Shown here: piece by piece, positions 21,370 to 30,597 of the stretch
Numbering within the stretch: the stretch's first letter is position 1
How the letters are laid out: every line of letters begins with the position of its first letter
Assembly (NCBI GenBank): GCA_964427915.1
Contig: CAYRWA010000058.1
Coordinates: forward strand, 40,199 to 104,198
Source: an uncultured Caldisericota bacterium
GTDB lineage: Bacteria; Caldisericota; Caldisericia; UBA6126
Direction of reading: 5' to 3'
Length of the DNA: 64,000 nt
The notes under the pieces: generated by a model
The model's database searches: none
What the model was told of the DNA's origin: nothing
The model's input: the letters and a program-made list of their open reading frames with translations, nothing else
Position numbers and translations under genes: made by a program

Positions 21370-22351
21370 ATATCGTAAATACTTCTTCTAATGTGTATAA
21401 AAAAATAGACGATTGCGAAACATATTGTTTTTGCACTTCTTGTTGAGGATGCTCCCCAACTAAGAAGAAATAGGTAGATAAAAAATCAGACTCAATGCCA
21501 CTCCATGTAACTACTGTTGCCGACCCTATTATGGGTTCTGCAGAACCAGTAAAGGGATGAATGATATGACAGTATCTCTTCGTGCCTTGGTGAAAAAATT
21601 GATGGGTGGCTGAAGAAGTAGAAATAAAACCCTGGGAACAGAAAAAACCTTCTTGGGAGGATTTGTGAAAAGGATTTTCAATACCGATGTATAGAGCTTC
21701 TTCAAGAGACAAAGAAAGATTGCCACCAAAATTAACATAAAAGTTTTGTATATCTTTGCGTAAGAAAAAATCAGAAATTTTATCTAGCAAATATCCCTTC
21801 AAAATACTCGATAAATCGATATACATCCCTTTAATGGGTAAAAAAACAGTTTTACTGGTTTCATCGAGAACAATTTCTCTGTAATTCACTAGCGGCCGAG
21901 TTTCATCAATTTCCTTTTGAGTTGGAACATAATGATGTTCATCGTGAAAACGGTAAAGATCGACAAATGGCCCGACTGTAATATCAAATACACCATCGGT
22001 TTGTTGGCAAAAAGAAATGGCTTTTTGTAGGATAAAAACAGTTTCGGAGTCTATTGAAACAGGAACGTAACCAGCGTTTTGTCGAATACGATATAGATCA
22101 GACCCTACTGTGTAAACATTTAACTTTTTGTCTGTATCGTGAACCATTGTTATCATTTCTTCGATCATGTGATCTGAAAAATCTTTTGGTGGAAGAGAGA
22201 TGGTAAGAAAGGTGTCCAGTACGAAAAAAGTTCTTTCTGTCCAAGAGTGTACCATATGTGATTTTTTCTTAGAGCATGCATGAAAAGGAAGAAATAGGAA
22301 CAACACCAAAACAATCAACAAGCATTGGCAACGTTTTATGAAATCATTCAT
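21347..22351 (-). CDS. apbE: ApbE-family FAD:protein FMN transferase, lipoprotein
   Basis: Start moved to ATG 22351 (MNDFIKRCQCLLIVLVLFLFLPFHACS, a lipoprotein signal), overlapping the upstream stop in ATGAATGA. ApbE signatures DITVGP, LSSILKGYLLD and a C-terminal SGxxE-like region. Confidence 0.8.
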   Translation of the reverse strand: MNDFIKRCQCLLIVLVLFLFLPFHACSKKKSHMVHSWTERTFFVLDTFLTISLPPKDFSDHMIEEMITMVHDTDKKLNVYTVGSDLYRIRQNAGYVPVSIDSETVFILQKAISFCQQTDGVFDITVGPFVDLYRFHDEHHYVPTQKEIDETRPLVNYREIVLDETSKTVFLPIKGMYIDLSSILKGYLLDKISDFFLRKDIQNFYVNFGGNLSLSLEEALYIGIENPFHKSSQEGFFCSQGFISTSSATHQFFHQGTKRYCHIIHPFTGSAEPIIGSATVVTWSGIESDFLSTYFFLVGEHPQQEVQKQYVSQSSIFLYTLEEVFTIYAENHCP

Positions 22352-25205
22352 CCTTCGATTGAAAACGTTTAACAAGATCTTGAACCGAATAGATAGTGAT
22401 TCCTTGCAATACCTTGGGGAGTTTGTAGGAAGTGATATACACTTTGATTCTTTTCTTTTTACAAAGGGAGAAAGCTTTTCCTGCTTCCTCAAAAGTATCA
22501 CAAACATCAGCCATAGTGGAAGCTTTGGCAATATCGTTAGGGTTCAGCTTTACTGTCTTTAACAAGGCTACGACGGCTGAATTTAATTTCTTAGCAGAGG
22601 AAGAAACAATGAATCCTTTTGAATACTTTTGGAGATAGCCCTCCATAAATAAGCGATTAGCAGATCCTGGGTCGAACACAACGGGTGTATAAAAGAGATT
22701 TTCAATGGAGGATACCATAGAATCTTTACTATATTTTTCCGAAACGGGTTCCTGATAAATCTTCTCAATTTTATTTTCGGTTTGACAGGAATTGGATTTG
22801 TAGTCAGCGTCTACAGAACAAGAATCAGTAAGGGTCTTTTTTAAGGTTTCCTTGGATTGTTTAAACGTGTTTTCTAGGGGGTCTTTTTTGTGGGACTTTT
22901 TGTTCAATATAGAGGATTCTTCATCTGTATTGTTAGAGTCTTCCTGATCAAGTGTTTTAGAACGAGGACGGGTTGAGTTTGTTTGTACGTCTTGGGCGGA
23001 CTGTTTTGAGGATTGTTTTTCTGCATGTGTAATCTCTGTAAAAATCTCTTCTTCATTTGTATCAAGCGCTGGGAGATCCTTTTTAAAATCGCAGTCTTCG
23101 AGGTGTGGATCATTGATTCGCAAACCTTTTCGATGTTTATGGTGTTTTGATCTACTTGCATCCACTTCTTGATCAATGTGTTCTTTTTTTTCATCTGGTT
23201 TTGTGTCTTGATTTTCAGAAAGCCACACAGGGGTAGTGTTCGGATCAAATCGTATTTTCTTTTTAGTCTCTTCTTGGATTGTAGAGGAAGTTTCATTTTC
23301 ATCCTCTGTATCTGGAAATGGTTCTTGTTGGGATTCATTGTCTTTGGACTTATTTTCTTGGTCGCTATCTTGTACTTTATGCTTGACGGGTGTTTTGTGT
23401 ATCTTTTCAATGGAAGAAAAGGATTCTTCCTTTTCGGGAATAGAAAAATCGTTTTCAATTTCATTTGATTTGGATGCAAATGAAGAGGATTGAGTATTGA
23501 AAGAGTCAGAAGAATCAGAAGCTAGCTTTTCTTTTTTGTGTTTGCAAAGAAGCAGAATACCAAGGATAAGAAGCAATAAGAGAAGGCCAGAAAAGAAGAT
23601 TGTAAAAAGTAGCATACTTGGGTTCAGGATTTGTAGGAAGAAAGCTCTCCAACGAGGAAGTGAAAAGAAGATGCCATACTGGAATTTGGCGTCTGACTGA
23701 TTGGTGAAAAGTCCTCCTTGATCAGAAGGGGAAGAGCTGAATGAATACGAAATGTCTGTATTAGCAAGCGGTGGTACATAGTAGAAAAGGCCCTTGTTCG
23801 TATAGTTGTTTAGTTGTAGGCAAAGGAGAGATTCATCAGAAGTGATCGTCACTTTTTCTAATGGATCAGAGGATGTGAAGTTATATAAAGCGAATTTGTT
23901 TAAAGTAACTGTTTGATCATTTTCTGGATTGTTGGTTGAAAATATGGCCCTCGTATGTGGATGCTGGCTATATATCTCAATCAAGCTTTTTTGATCTTTT
24001 GAAAATTCTTTGGAAATTCTAGAAGAGATAGTGGTAAAATCAGAATCCAAAAAACATCCATGATGACCTGGAGAAAATTCACCACCAAAATTTTTACCAG
24101 AGGAGAATGTTAATACTTGAAAGGGAACGTTGCAGGTGGCAGTGAAATATGTGTATTCCGGCAACATAGGACTAAAACTATGGATCAACGATACGAGCTT
24201 CGTATCGCCTTTGTTTTGTAAAGTGAAAGTCTCGTTTATATTTGTAGATTGAAGTTTGATTTGTGCATTGTCATAAGGAGAATAAAACAGTAAATCTCCA
24301 AAACAGAATCCGTGTACAGAGGTAGGCGTTCCTATAACGTACGAAAAATTTTCGTTGTCTACATATCCAAATTGGGCAGTAATTGGAGAACTAGAGATAA
24401 TCGAGTAAACGCCAGGTTGTAAGTCGTCAATAAACATCCCTTTTTCAGGATGAACTGTTACACTTTTTACTTCAAGCTGGTTTTCGTCAACAATTTGAAT
24501 TGTTGTATTCTTTTTGTATGAAGATAGCCAAAGATGTCCCGGATGATAGAAATAGAGTTGATTTCCGAACAATGTTGTTGTATCACTGTCTTCCGATTCT
24601 TTATTCGCTATGGAATCAACTGCAAGAGAGCTTTCATATACAAAAACAGGTTTTTTTGTTTTAATGTGTATGTTGGTTGGATTGGTAGAGGTAAATATGT
24701 AGGACTTTCCTTTTTGTAATGAGGTTGAATCGAGAAGCTGTTCATGTTCCGTGTATATGTCGATTTGATTGTCATTTTCACAGGAAATAATATGTGCATT
24801 CTCATAATTGACAAAGTGGAAATAGGTTCCTGCTTCAGTGGATATCGGAACGGAGTTAATTGCAGATGCTTTTTTCTCTTGTATATGGAATACTTTCGAT
24901 TGATTAGGTTGAAGAGATGTTGAAACTAGCAAGCTACTACGTAAGGAAGTAGTTATGATAGCATTCGAGGCATTCTTCTGAGAGGATTCACTGCCTTCTT
25001 CAACAAGATAATAACTACCATTTGGGGCTTTTTCTAATGGAATCCTAACAAGACATCTTTCGTAAGAAGTTTCTCCATGATTTTGAATGGTTAAGTATTG
25101 TGGTTTTGCAGCATAACTCAATAAAATACTGGGAAAGAAAACTCCTAGAAGAAAACAAAACAATAGTAATCGCATCTGGAATAACTGTACTTTTTTCTTA
25201 CTCAT
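22344..25205 (-). CDS. 953-aa signal-anchored membrane protein of unknown function embedded in the rnf operon
   Basis: N-terminal signal/anchor MRLLLFCFLLGVFFPSILLSYA; an extracytoplasmic domain of about 490 aa; a TM at about residues 523-553 (LLFTIFFSGLLLLLLILGILLL); a roughly 270-aa K/E/D/S-rich low-complexity linker; and a roughly 120-aa C-terminal globular domain. Stop/start overlaps with rnfB and apbE. Confidence 0.7.
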   Translation of the reverse strand: MSKKKVQLFQMRLLLFCFLLGVFFPSILLSYAAKPQYLTIQNHGETSYERCLVRIPLEKAPNGSYYLVEEGSESSQKNASNAIITTSLRSSLLVSTSLQPNQSKVFHIQEKKASAINSVPISTEAGTYFHFVNYENAHIISCENDNQIDIYTEHEQLLDSTSLQKGKSYIFTSTNPTNIHIKTKKPVFVYESSLAVDSIANKESEDSDTTTLFGNQLYFYHPGHLWLSSYKKNTTIQIVDENQLEVKSVTVHPEKGMFIDDLQPGVYSIISSSPITAQFGYVDNENFSYVIGTPTSVHGFCFGDLLFYSPYDNAQIKLQSTNINETFTLQNKGDTKLVSLIHSFSPMLPEYTYFTATCNVPFQVLTFSSGKNFGGEFSPGHHGCFLDSDFTTISSRISKEFSKDQKSLIEIYSQHPHTRAIFSTNNPENDQTVTLNKFALYNFTSSDPLEKVTITSDESLLCLQLNNYTNKGLFYYVPPLANTDISYSFSSSPSDQGGLFTNQSDAKFQYGIFFSLPRWRAFFLQILNPSMLLFTIFFSGLLLLLLILGILLLCKHKKEKLASDSSDSFNTQSSSFASKSNEIENDFSIPEKEESFSSIEKIHKTPVKHKVQDSDQENKSKDNESQQEPFPDTEDENETSSTIQEETKKKIRFDPNTTPVWLSENQDTKPDEKKEHIDQEVDASRSKHHKHRKGLRINDPHLEDCDFKKDLPALDTNEEEIFTEITHAEKQSSKQSAQDVQTNSTRPRSKTLDQEDSNNTDEESSILNKKSHKKDPLENTFKQSKETLKKTLTDSCSVDADYKSNSCQTENKIEKIYQEPVSEKYSKDSMVSSIENLFYTPVVFDPGSANRLFMEGYLQKYSKGFIVSSSAKKLNSAVVALLKTVKLNPNDIAKASTMADVCDTFEEAGKAFSLCKKKRIKVYITSYKLPKVLQGITIYSVQDLVKRFQSKDE

Positions 25206-26031
25206 TTTTCTCCGTTAAAGCTTGACGTAATGTTAAAGAATGTACTGGACATATTGTAACACAAATTCCGCAAAGAGTGCATTTTTCAATGTCGATAACA
25301 GGTAAATTATTTTTAAACACGATTGCTTTTTCTGGACATTTTTTTGCGCATAATCCGCAGGATATACACCCCACTTTGCATGCTTTTCGAACATACGAAC
25401 CGGTATCTCTATTACTACACAAACAAAGCACTCTTTTTGTATCTGAGAAAAGCTTAATAATGTCACGAGGGCATTTTTCGACACATATTCCGCACCCCGT
25501 ACACAAATTCATATGTACAATTGGAAGACCATTATCCCCCATAGTTAAGGCTCCAAAAGGACATGATTTAACACAATCTCCAAACCCCAAACAACCAAAG
25601 TGACATACCTTGTCATCTAAACGAAGATAGTGTGCCATTAAACAGGAAGAAGCTCCTTTGGCATCAGCATTTATAAGGGCCTCTTCTTGGCCTCCTTTGC
25701 AAAGAATAACTGCAACATATCTTGCTTGGGTAGAACTTTGTGAGATGCCAAGGATAGGAGCTAGGGCATCAATGGTTTCTTGACCACCTGCGACACATCC
25801 GTTGATTGGCGCATCACCATTGGCTAGTGCTTCTGCAAAAGAACTGCACCCAGAAAAACCACAAGCGCCACAATTTGCTTGTGGCAAAACGTCCTTAATC
25901 TTTTCGACTAAAGGGTTTTCTTTTACGTAAAAAACATTGGAAAATACACCTAACATCCAACCAAACAACAAACCAAGAACCAAAAGAATAACAACAGATG
26001 AAAGTATGATTGTCCAATTCATGCTAACCAC
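25198..26031 (-). CDS. rnfB: Rnf complex subunit B (polyferredoxin)
   Basis: N-terminal TM, CGACGFSGC, and several CxxCxxCxxxCP ferredoxin motifs. Confidence 0.85.
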   Translation of the reverse strand: MVSMNWTIILSSVVILLVLGLLFGWMLGVFSNVFYVKENPLVEKIKDVLPQANCGACGFSGCSSFAEALANGDAPINGCVAGGQETIDALAPILGISQSSTQARYVAVILCKGGQEEALINADAKGASSCLMAHYLRLDDKVCHFGCLGFGDCVKSCPFGALTMGDNGLPIVHMNLCTGCGICVEKCPRDIIKLFSDTKRVLCLCSNRDTGSYVRKACKVGCISCGLCAKKCPEKAIVFKNNLPVIDIEKCTLCGICVTICPVHSLTLRQALTEKNE

Positions 26032-26599
26032 CTAGCCCTTGCAAACCCATAAAGGCGATTGCAATAAAGGAAGCAGCAATAAAAACAATAGGGGCTCCTT
26101 TAAAAAAAGAGGGAATATTTGAATCAGAAATTCGGATTCGTATAGCTGTCATAAGTATCATTGCTAGAGTAAAACCAATGGAAGACCCAAAAGCAAAAAA
26201 GATTGTTTCAAGCAATGAATATCCTTCTTGTATATTCAAAAGGGTAACACCCAAAATCATGCAATTGGTGGTAATAAGAGGCAAATAGATGCCCATTACT
26301 TTGTAAAGATTGGGAATCATTTTCTTTAGATATATTTCGACCAATTGGACAAACACGGCAATTGTCAAGATAAAGGCGATGGTTTGAAGATATTCTACTC
26401 CTAAGGGGATCAGAACAAAATAGTATACAAAATAACTTACCACCGAAGCCATGACGGTAACAAAAGTGACAGCTCCGCCCATACCAATAGAAGAATCCAT
26501 ATCATTGGTTAAGCCAAAAAAAGGACACAGTCCCAAGAAGCGCATGAAAATAAAATTCTGCGAAAAAATTGTTTGAATCAGAATGTTTACCAAATTCAT
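26024..26599 (-). CDS. rnfA: Rnf complex subunit A
   Basis: 6-TM RnfA/NqrE-like protein in the conserved operon position. Confidence 0.85.
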   Translation of the reverse strand: MNLVNILIQTIFSQNFIFMRFLGLCPFFGLTNDMDSSIGMGGAVTFVTVMASVVSYFVYYFVLIPLGVEYLQTIAFILTIAVFVQLVEIYLKKMIPNLYKVMGIYLPLITTNCMILGVTLLNIQEGYSLLETIFFAFGSSIGFTLAMILMTAIRIRISDSNIPSFFKGAPIVFIAASFIAIAFMGLQGLGG

Positions 26600-27213
26600 T
26601 TAGCAACCTCTTTTCTGGAATGCTTTTTTGACAAGTGATTAATGATACCGATTTCAACCCCAATCACTAAAAAGGCACCAGGAGGAAGAATGAACATTAA
26701 TGCAGGTTCAAAAGAGGTTCCAAACAAGGCATACCCTAAAATGGTTCCGTTGCCTAGGATTTCACGAACGATTGCGATGAATACAATAGCAAAACCATAT
26801 CCTAAACTAATACCCAGACCATCCAAAACGGACTCTAAGACTGGTTTTTTTGAAGCAAAAGATTCGATTCGGCCAATAATGATACAATTCACTACGATGA
26901 GAGGAATAAAAATACCAAGAGCTTTATTTAGAGAGGGAAGATAAGCCTGTAACAAGAATTGTAAGATGGTAACAAAGCTAGCAATAACTACTATAAAAAT
27001 AGGAATACGAAGACTCTTCGGGATCCACTTACGAAGAAGTGAGATAGTTAGTTCTGATAAAACTGTCACAAACGTAAAAGCTAGCGTCATACCCAATGCA
27101 TTTATTACAGACACTGAAACAGCTAGTACCGAACATAAACCAAGCATTAAGACAAAAACAGGATTTTCTTTAAGTAGTCCTTTTGTTAAAAGTTTTTTAG
27201 TAGTTGTTTTCAT
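26596..27213 (-). CDS. rnfE: Rnf complex subunit E
   Basis: RnfE/NqrD-like polytopic protein. Confidence 0.85.
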   Translation of the reverse strand: MKTTTKKLLTKGLLKENPVFVLMLGLCSVLAVSVSVINALGMTLAFTFVTVLSELTISLLRKWIPKSLRIPIFIVVIASFVTILQFLLQAYLPSLNKALGIFIPLIVVNCIIIGRIESFASKKPVLESVLDGLGISLGYGFAIVFIAIVREILGNGTILGYALFGTSFEPALMFILPPGAFLVIGVEIGIINHLSKKHSRKEVAK

Positions 27214-27808
27214 AGGATAACTCCGTCATATGGTCTACTACGTACGAAACGCTTTTTTTAATGCCTTCAGACAGTGCTCTTGAGGTAATGGTTGATGCAG
27301 TAATGGGGGTAATATCTTGTTTGACTGTAAATGCATCTGATATGGACTTTGATTGGAACTGTTTTAGAAAATTTTCTTTTGTAACATTAGCACCTAAACC
27401 AGGAGTTTCTGAATGCTCAATGATAGAAACTGAGTGTATTGTTTGATCAGGATTCAAACCATATATAAATATGATAGGGCCTCCGTATCCTTGTACAGAA
27501 CCCTTTACAAGATATCCAAGAAGGGCATTGTCCTGGCCGACTCCTTCATATATACAGTCAATCGAAATACAACCGTCTATAGACTGATTGTGGAACATGG
27601 GTTTTTCCGTGTCATCTATACAAAGGTCAAATGATACAGCGTCGGGATAAATAGTTTTCATGCTTTCTTCGGTAGCAATTCTCTGTTGGTACTCGATCTG
27701 TGGCAAAGTAACAGAGTACGTGATGCTAAGAGCAAATGCTGCAACAATACAATACACAGATAATGTGATACCAAGCTTGATGATTTGAGAAGTTTGGTTT
27801 TGTTTCAT
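27197..27808 (-). CDS. rnfG: Rnf complex subunit G (FMN-binding)
   Basis: N-terminal TM and an FMN-binding domain with the flavinylation region ITPITASTITSRAL. Confidence 0.8.
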   Translation of the reverse strand: MKQNQTSQIIKLGITLSVYCIVAAFALSITYSVTLPQIEYQQRIATEESMKTIYPDAVSFDLCIDDTEKPMFHNQSIDGCISIDCIYEGVGQDNALLGYLVKGSVQGYGGPIIFIYGLNPDQTIHSVSIIEHSETPGLGANVTKENFLKQFQSKSISDAFTVKQDITPITASTITSRALSEGIKKSVSYVVDHMTELSYENNY

Positions 27809-28761
27809 GAGACTTTTTCCTTTACAAAGCCAACAGGTTTTTTGATACGGTTATCCAATAGTGGTGTAATGACGTTCATAAGCAATATAGCGAAAGTTGT
27901 CCCTTCGGGCATATTGGCAAAGAAACGTATCATCACATTTAAGAAGCCACAACCAAATCCATATATAATCTTGCTTTGAGGAAGCATAGGGGAGGTCACG
28001 TAATCGGTTGCCATAAAGAAAGCTCCAAACATAACGCCACCACTTAAAATGGAGAATATCGGATCCATTCCTAACATCCAGGAAAAGAAGAAAACTGTAG
28101 CAATATAGGTAAAAGGAATATACCATTTTATTGTTTTGGTAAACAATAAAATGACCAAGCCTAGTAGGAGTCCTGGAATAAATACTTCACCAATACAACC
28201 ACCACGAAGCCCAAAAAACATGTTACTGTACATGATAGAAGTAGATCCTTCGAACGCATTCAGAACACCTTCCATTCCTTTTCCGGCATAAATAGCAAGA
28301 GGGGTTGATGTGGTTATTACATCAAAGGGCTTTGTCCAAGATGTCATGTGTGCAGGAAATGATAATACTAAGAAAGCCCTACCAATAAGAGCAGGATTAA
28401 AAGGGTTGTGTCCCAAACCACCAAAAACTTGTTTCGAAAAAATTGCAAAGAAACTACCGAGAACAGGTAGCCACAATGGTATACCAGGGGGGCAACAAAG
28501 GGCTAATAGGAAGCCAGTAACAACAGCACTGCCATCTAAATAGGTCATAGGCTGCTTCAATATTTTCTGGAATAGCGCCTCACTTAGTACTGCAGAAATA
28601 ATAGAAAGGAGAAGGAGTGGGATGGTGTTTGACCAACCGAAAATGACGATACCACCAAGTGTAGCCGGAATTAATGAAATACTTACCATATTCATTAGAA
28701 AAGCAGTATTGATTTTGCTCCGAATATGCGGAGAAGCAGTAATCACGTAGTGTTTCATCAA
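27805..28761 (-). CDS. rnfD: Rnf complex subunit D
   Basis: NqrB/RnfD family polytopic protein. Confidence 0.85.
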   Translation of the reverse strand: MMKHYVITASPHIRSKINTAFLMNMVSISLIPATLGGIVIFGWSNTIPLLLLSIISAVLSEALFQKILKQPMTYLDGSAVVTGFLLALCCPPGIPLWLPVLGSFFAIFSKQVFGGLGHNPFNPALIGRAFLVLSFPAHMTSWTKPFDVITTSTPLAIYAGKGMEGVLNAFEGSTSIMYSNMFFGLRGGCIGEVFIPGLLLGLVILLFTKTIKWYIPFTYIATVFFFSWMLGMDPIFSILSGGVMFGAFFMATDYVTSPMLPQSKIIYGFGCGFLNVMIRFFANMPEGTTFAILLMNVITPLLDNRIKKPVGFVKEKVS

Positions 28762-30083
28762 CGACTCCTTTTTCTTTTAATTTCCTGCTTTGATACCCGG
28801 ATATAATTCAAAATGGGGATTCTGGCTGGACAATTGTATGTACATAACCCGCACTCAATGCAAGAGTTTACAAAGTATCGGTTCGATTCGTCAAAAGCAT
28901 TCTTTTTTGCTAATTCAACAAACCGGTATGGCATTAAACCAGCTGGACAATTTGTTATGCAACGTCCACATCGAATACAGGATGCTTCTTGTAAAGGTTC
29001 TAGAGTGCTCAAAAAAATGATACCTGATGTACCCTTTAAAACAGGAACATCTTGGGAACGTTGATTGATACCCATCATGGGACCACCAAAAACCAATTCT
29101 TTAGGTTCTTTTGAAAATCCACCACAAAATGAAACAATATCAGAAAGAAGAGTCCCAATTGGTACACGAATATTTTTTGGTTCTTTTAGACAATCTCCGC
29201 TGGCAGTTAGTACGCGATGGATCATGGGGGTGCCTTTTCGAATGGATTCAGATATAGCAATCAATGAACCAACATTTTGTACGATGCATCCTACAGCAAA
29301 GGGTAGCTTACCAATAGGTACTACTCGATTGGTCGTTGCTTTAATTAAACTCTTTTCCGCTCCTTGGGGATATTTTTTTGCCAAGGGGATGATTTGTATT
29401 GTCATACCCATCGGGTTATCTTGTATGTATTTTTCCAGATGTTCGATGGCATCCATCTTGTTGCATTCAATTCCGATAATAATTTTTTGAAAATGGAGAT
29501 ACGACTGAACAATTTGTATACCATCAAATAGTTCTTTGGTTTTTTCTAGCATCAGCCGATGATCGCAGGTTAGATAAGGTTCGCATTCAGCACCATTCAC
29601 AATATATGTATCTACCGTAGCATCAGGAGGAGGGTTTAGTTTTAAGTGAGTGGGAAATGTAGCTCCACCCATACCAACAATTCCTGAGTCTTGAATATGT
29701 GTAACAAAGGCTTTCAGATCCATAGTCGTGTCAAAGACTGGAGCTCTAACAGACGGATGGTATGTATCTTGAAAATCGTTCTCTACATGTATTGCTGCAC
29801 CTAATCCAGCAATTGGGTGGGGGTACTCTTTAATGTCTTTTACAATGCCAGAAACGGAAGCATGAATATTGGAGGAGAATTCTCCTTGGGCTTTTGCAAT
29901 CAATTGTCCTATGAAAATTTCTTGACCAGGTTCAACGATTGGGTCCGCAGGAATTCCTACATGTTGCGATAAAGGGTACAAAAGATCTTTACCAGGGGGG
30001 ATATTTTCAATACTCTTATGCTTTGTTTGATCTTTGAGATCTGGTATATGCATACCACCGGGATAAAACGTTTTACTCTTCAT
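28758..30083 (-). CDS. rnfC: Rnf complex subunit C (NADH-binding, 2x[4Fe-4S])
   Basis: GMGGATFPT, and CIRCGRCITNCP...CIECGLCTYNCP. Confidence 0.9.
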   Translation of the reverse strand: MKSKTFYPGGMHIPDLKDQTKHKSIENIPPGKDLLYPLSQHVGIPADPIVEPGQEIFIGQLIAKAQGEFSSNIHASVSGIVKDIKEYPHPIAGLGAAIHVENDFQDTYHPSVRAPVFDTTMDLKAFVTHIQDSGIVGMGGATFPTHLKLNPPPDATVDTYIVNGAECEPYLTCDHRLMLEKTKELFDGIQIVQSYLHFQKIIIGIECNKMDAIEHLEKYIQDNPMGMTIQIIPLAKKYPQGAEKSLIKATTNRVVPIGKLPFAVGCIVQNVGSLIAISESIRKGTPMIHRVLTASGDCLKEPKNIRVPIGTLLSDIVSFCGGFSKEPKELVFGGPMMGINQRSQDVPVLKGTSGIIFLSTLEPLQEASCIRCGRCITNCPAGLMPYRFVELAKKNAFDESNRYFVNSCIECGLCTYNCPARIPILNYIRVSKQEIKRKRSR

Positions 30084-30588
30084 GTTTCTTTGTGTCCCTT
30101 TCTTTGTGCTCGCAATACGGACATACCGTCCAATGAATATCTATGAGATGTTTGCAATGGGGACATTCATTGCGTAATTTTGTAAAGCAGTTGGGGCAAA
30201 TTTGATAATCTTTTTCAATGGGTAGTCCACATACAGGACAAATGTTTCCTGCTTTGCTTAGTTCAAATTCATAGTATCTTTTGGTTAAATCGCGTATCCG
30301 TTGCTCTGTTTCCATAGAAGTAGTTTCTTCGATTGTGAATTCTGGACGGATGATTAAGTAAATGATCCACAAAAAGACAGAGACCAACAACCATTTGATA
30401 TTGCTAGTTTGTAAAATACTTTGAAAAAGAAACGGTCCAAAAGTAACCACAAAAACGATACTAGGCAGTATCCATTTGTTTTGATACCGCCTGAAGGAAT
30501 CAAATGCAATCCATAGGGTTAAAATGATAGCAATAGCGACAATCAAAAAATCCAAATACATCATGAGCATATCCGACGTAATTGACAT
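30073..30588 (-). CDS. Membrane protein with a C-terminal double zinc-ribbon (DZR), translationally coupled to rnfC
   Basis: Three N-terminal TM helices, then CPVCG...CPNC...CPHC...CPYC. There is an 11-nt overlap with the rnfC start. Confidence 0.7.
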   Translation of the reverse strand: MSITSDMLMMYLDFLIVAIAIILTLWIAFDSFRRYQNKWILPSIVFVVTFGPFLFQSILQTSNIKWLLVSVFLWIIYLIIRPEFTIEETTSMETEQRIRDLTKRYYEFELSKAGNICPVCGLPIEKDYQICPNCFTKLRNECPHCKHLIDIHWTVCPYCEHKERDTKKHEE

Positions 30589-30597
30589 AGAACCCCC

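Noticed and set aside
22352-22531. 60-codon N-terminal extension of the ApbE ORF
   Set aside because: It overlaps the C-terminal domain of the 953-aa protein. The internal ATG at 22351 gives a proper lipoprotein signal and an ATGAATGA coupling junction.
22904-23493. Stacked ORFs on both strands (22904..23479 -, 23169..23468 +, 23236..23493 +)
   Set aside because: They lie inside the low-complexity K/E/D/S-rich linker of the 953-aa protein, and their composition-driven open frames are artefacts.
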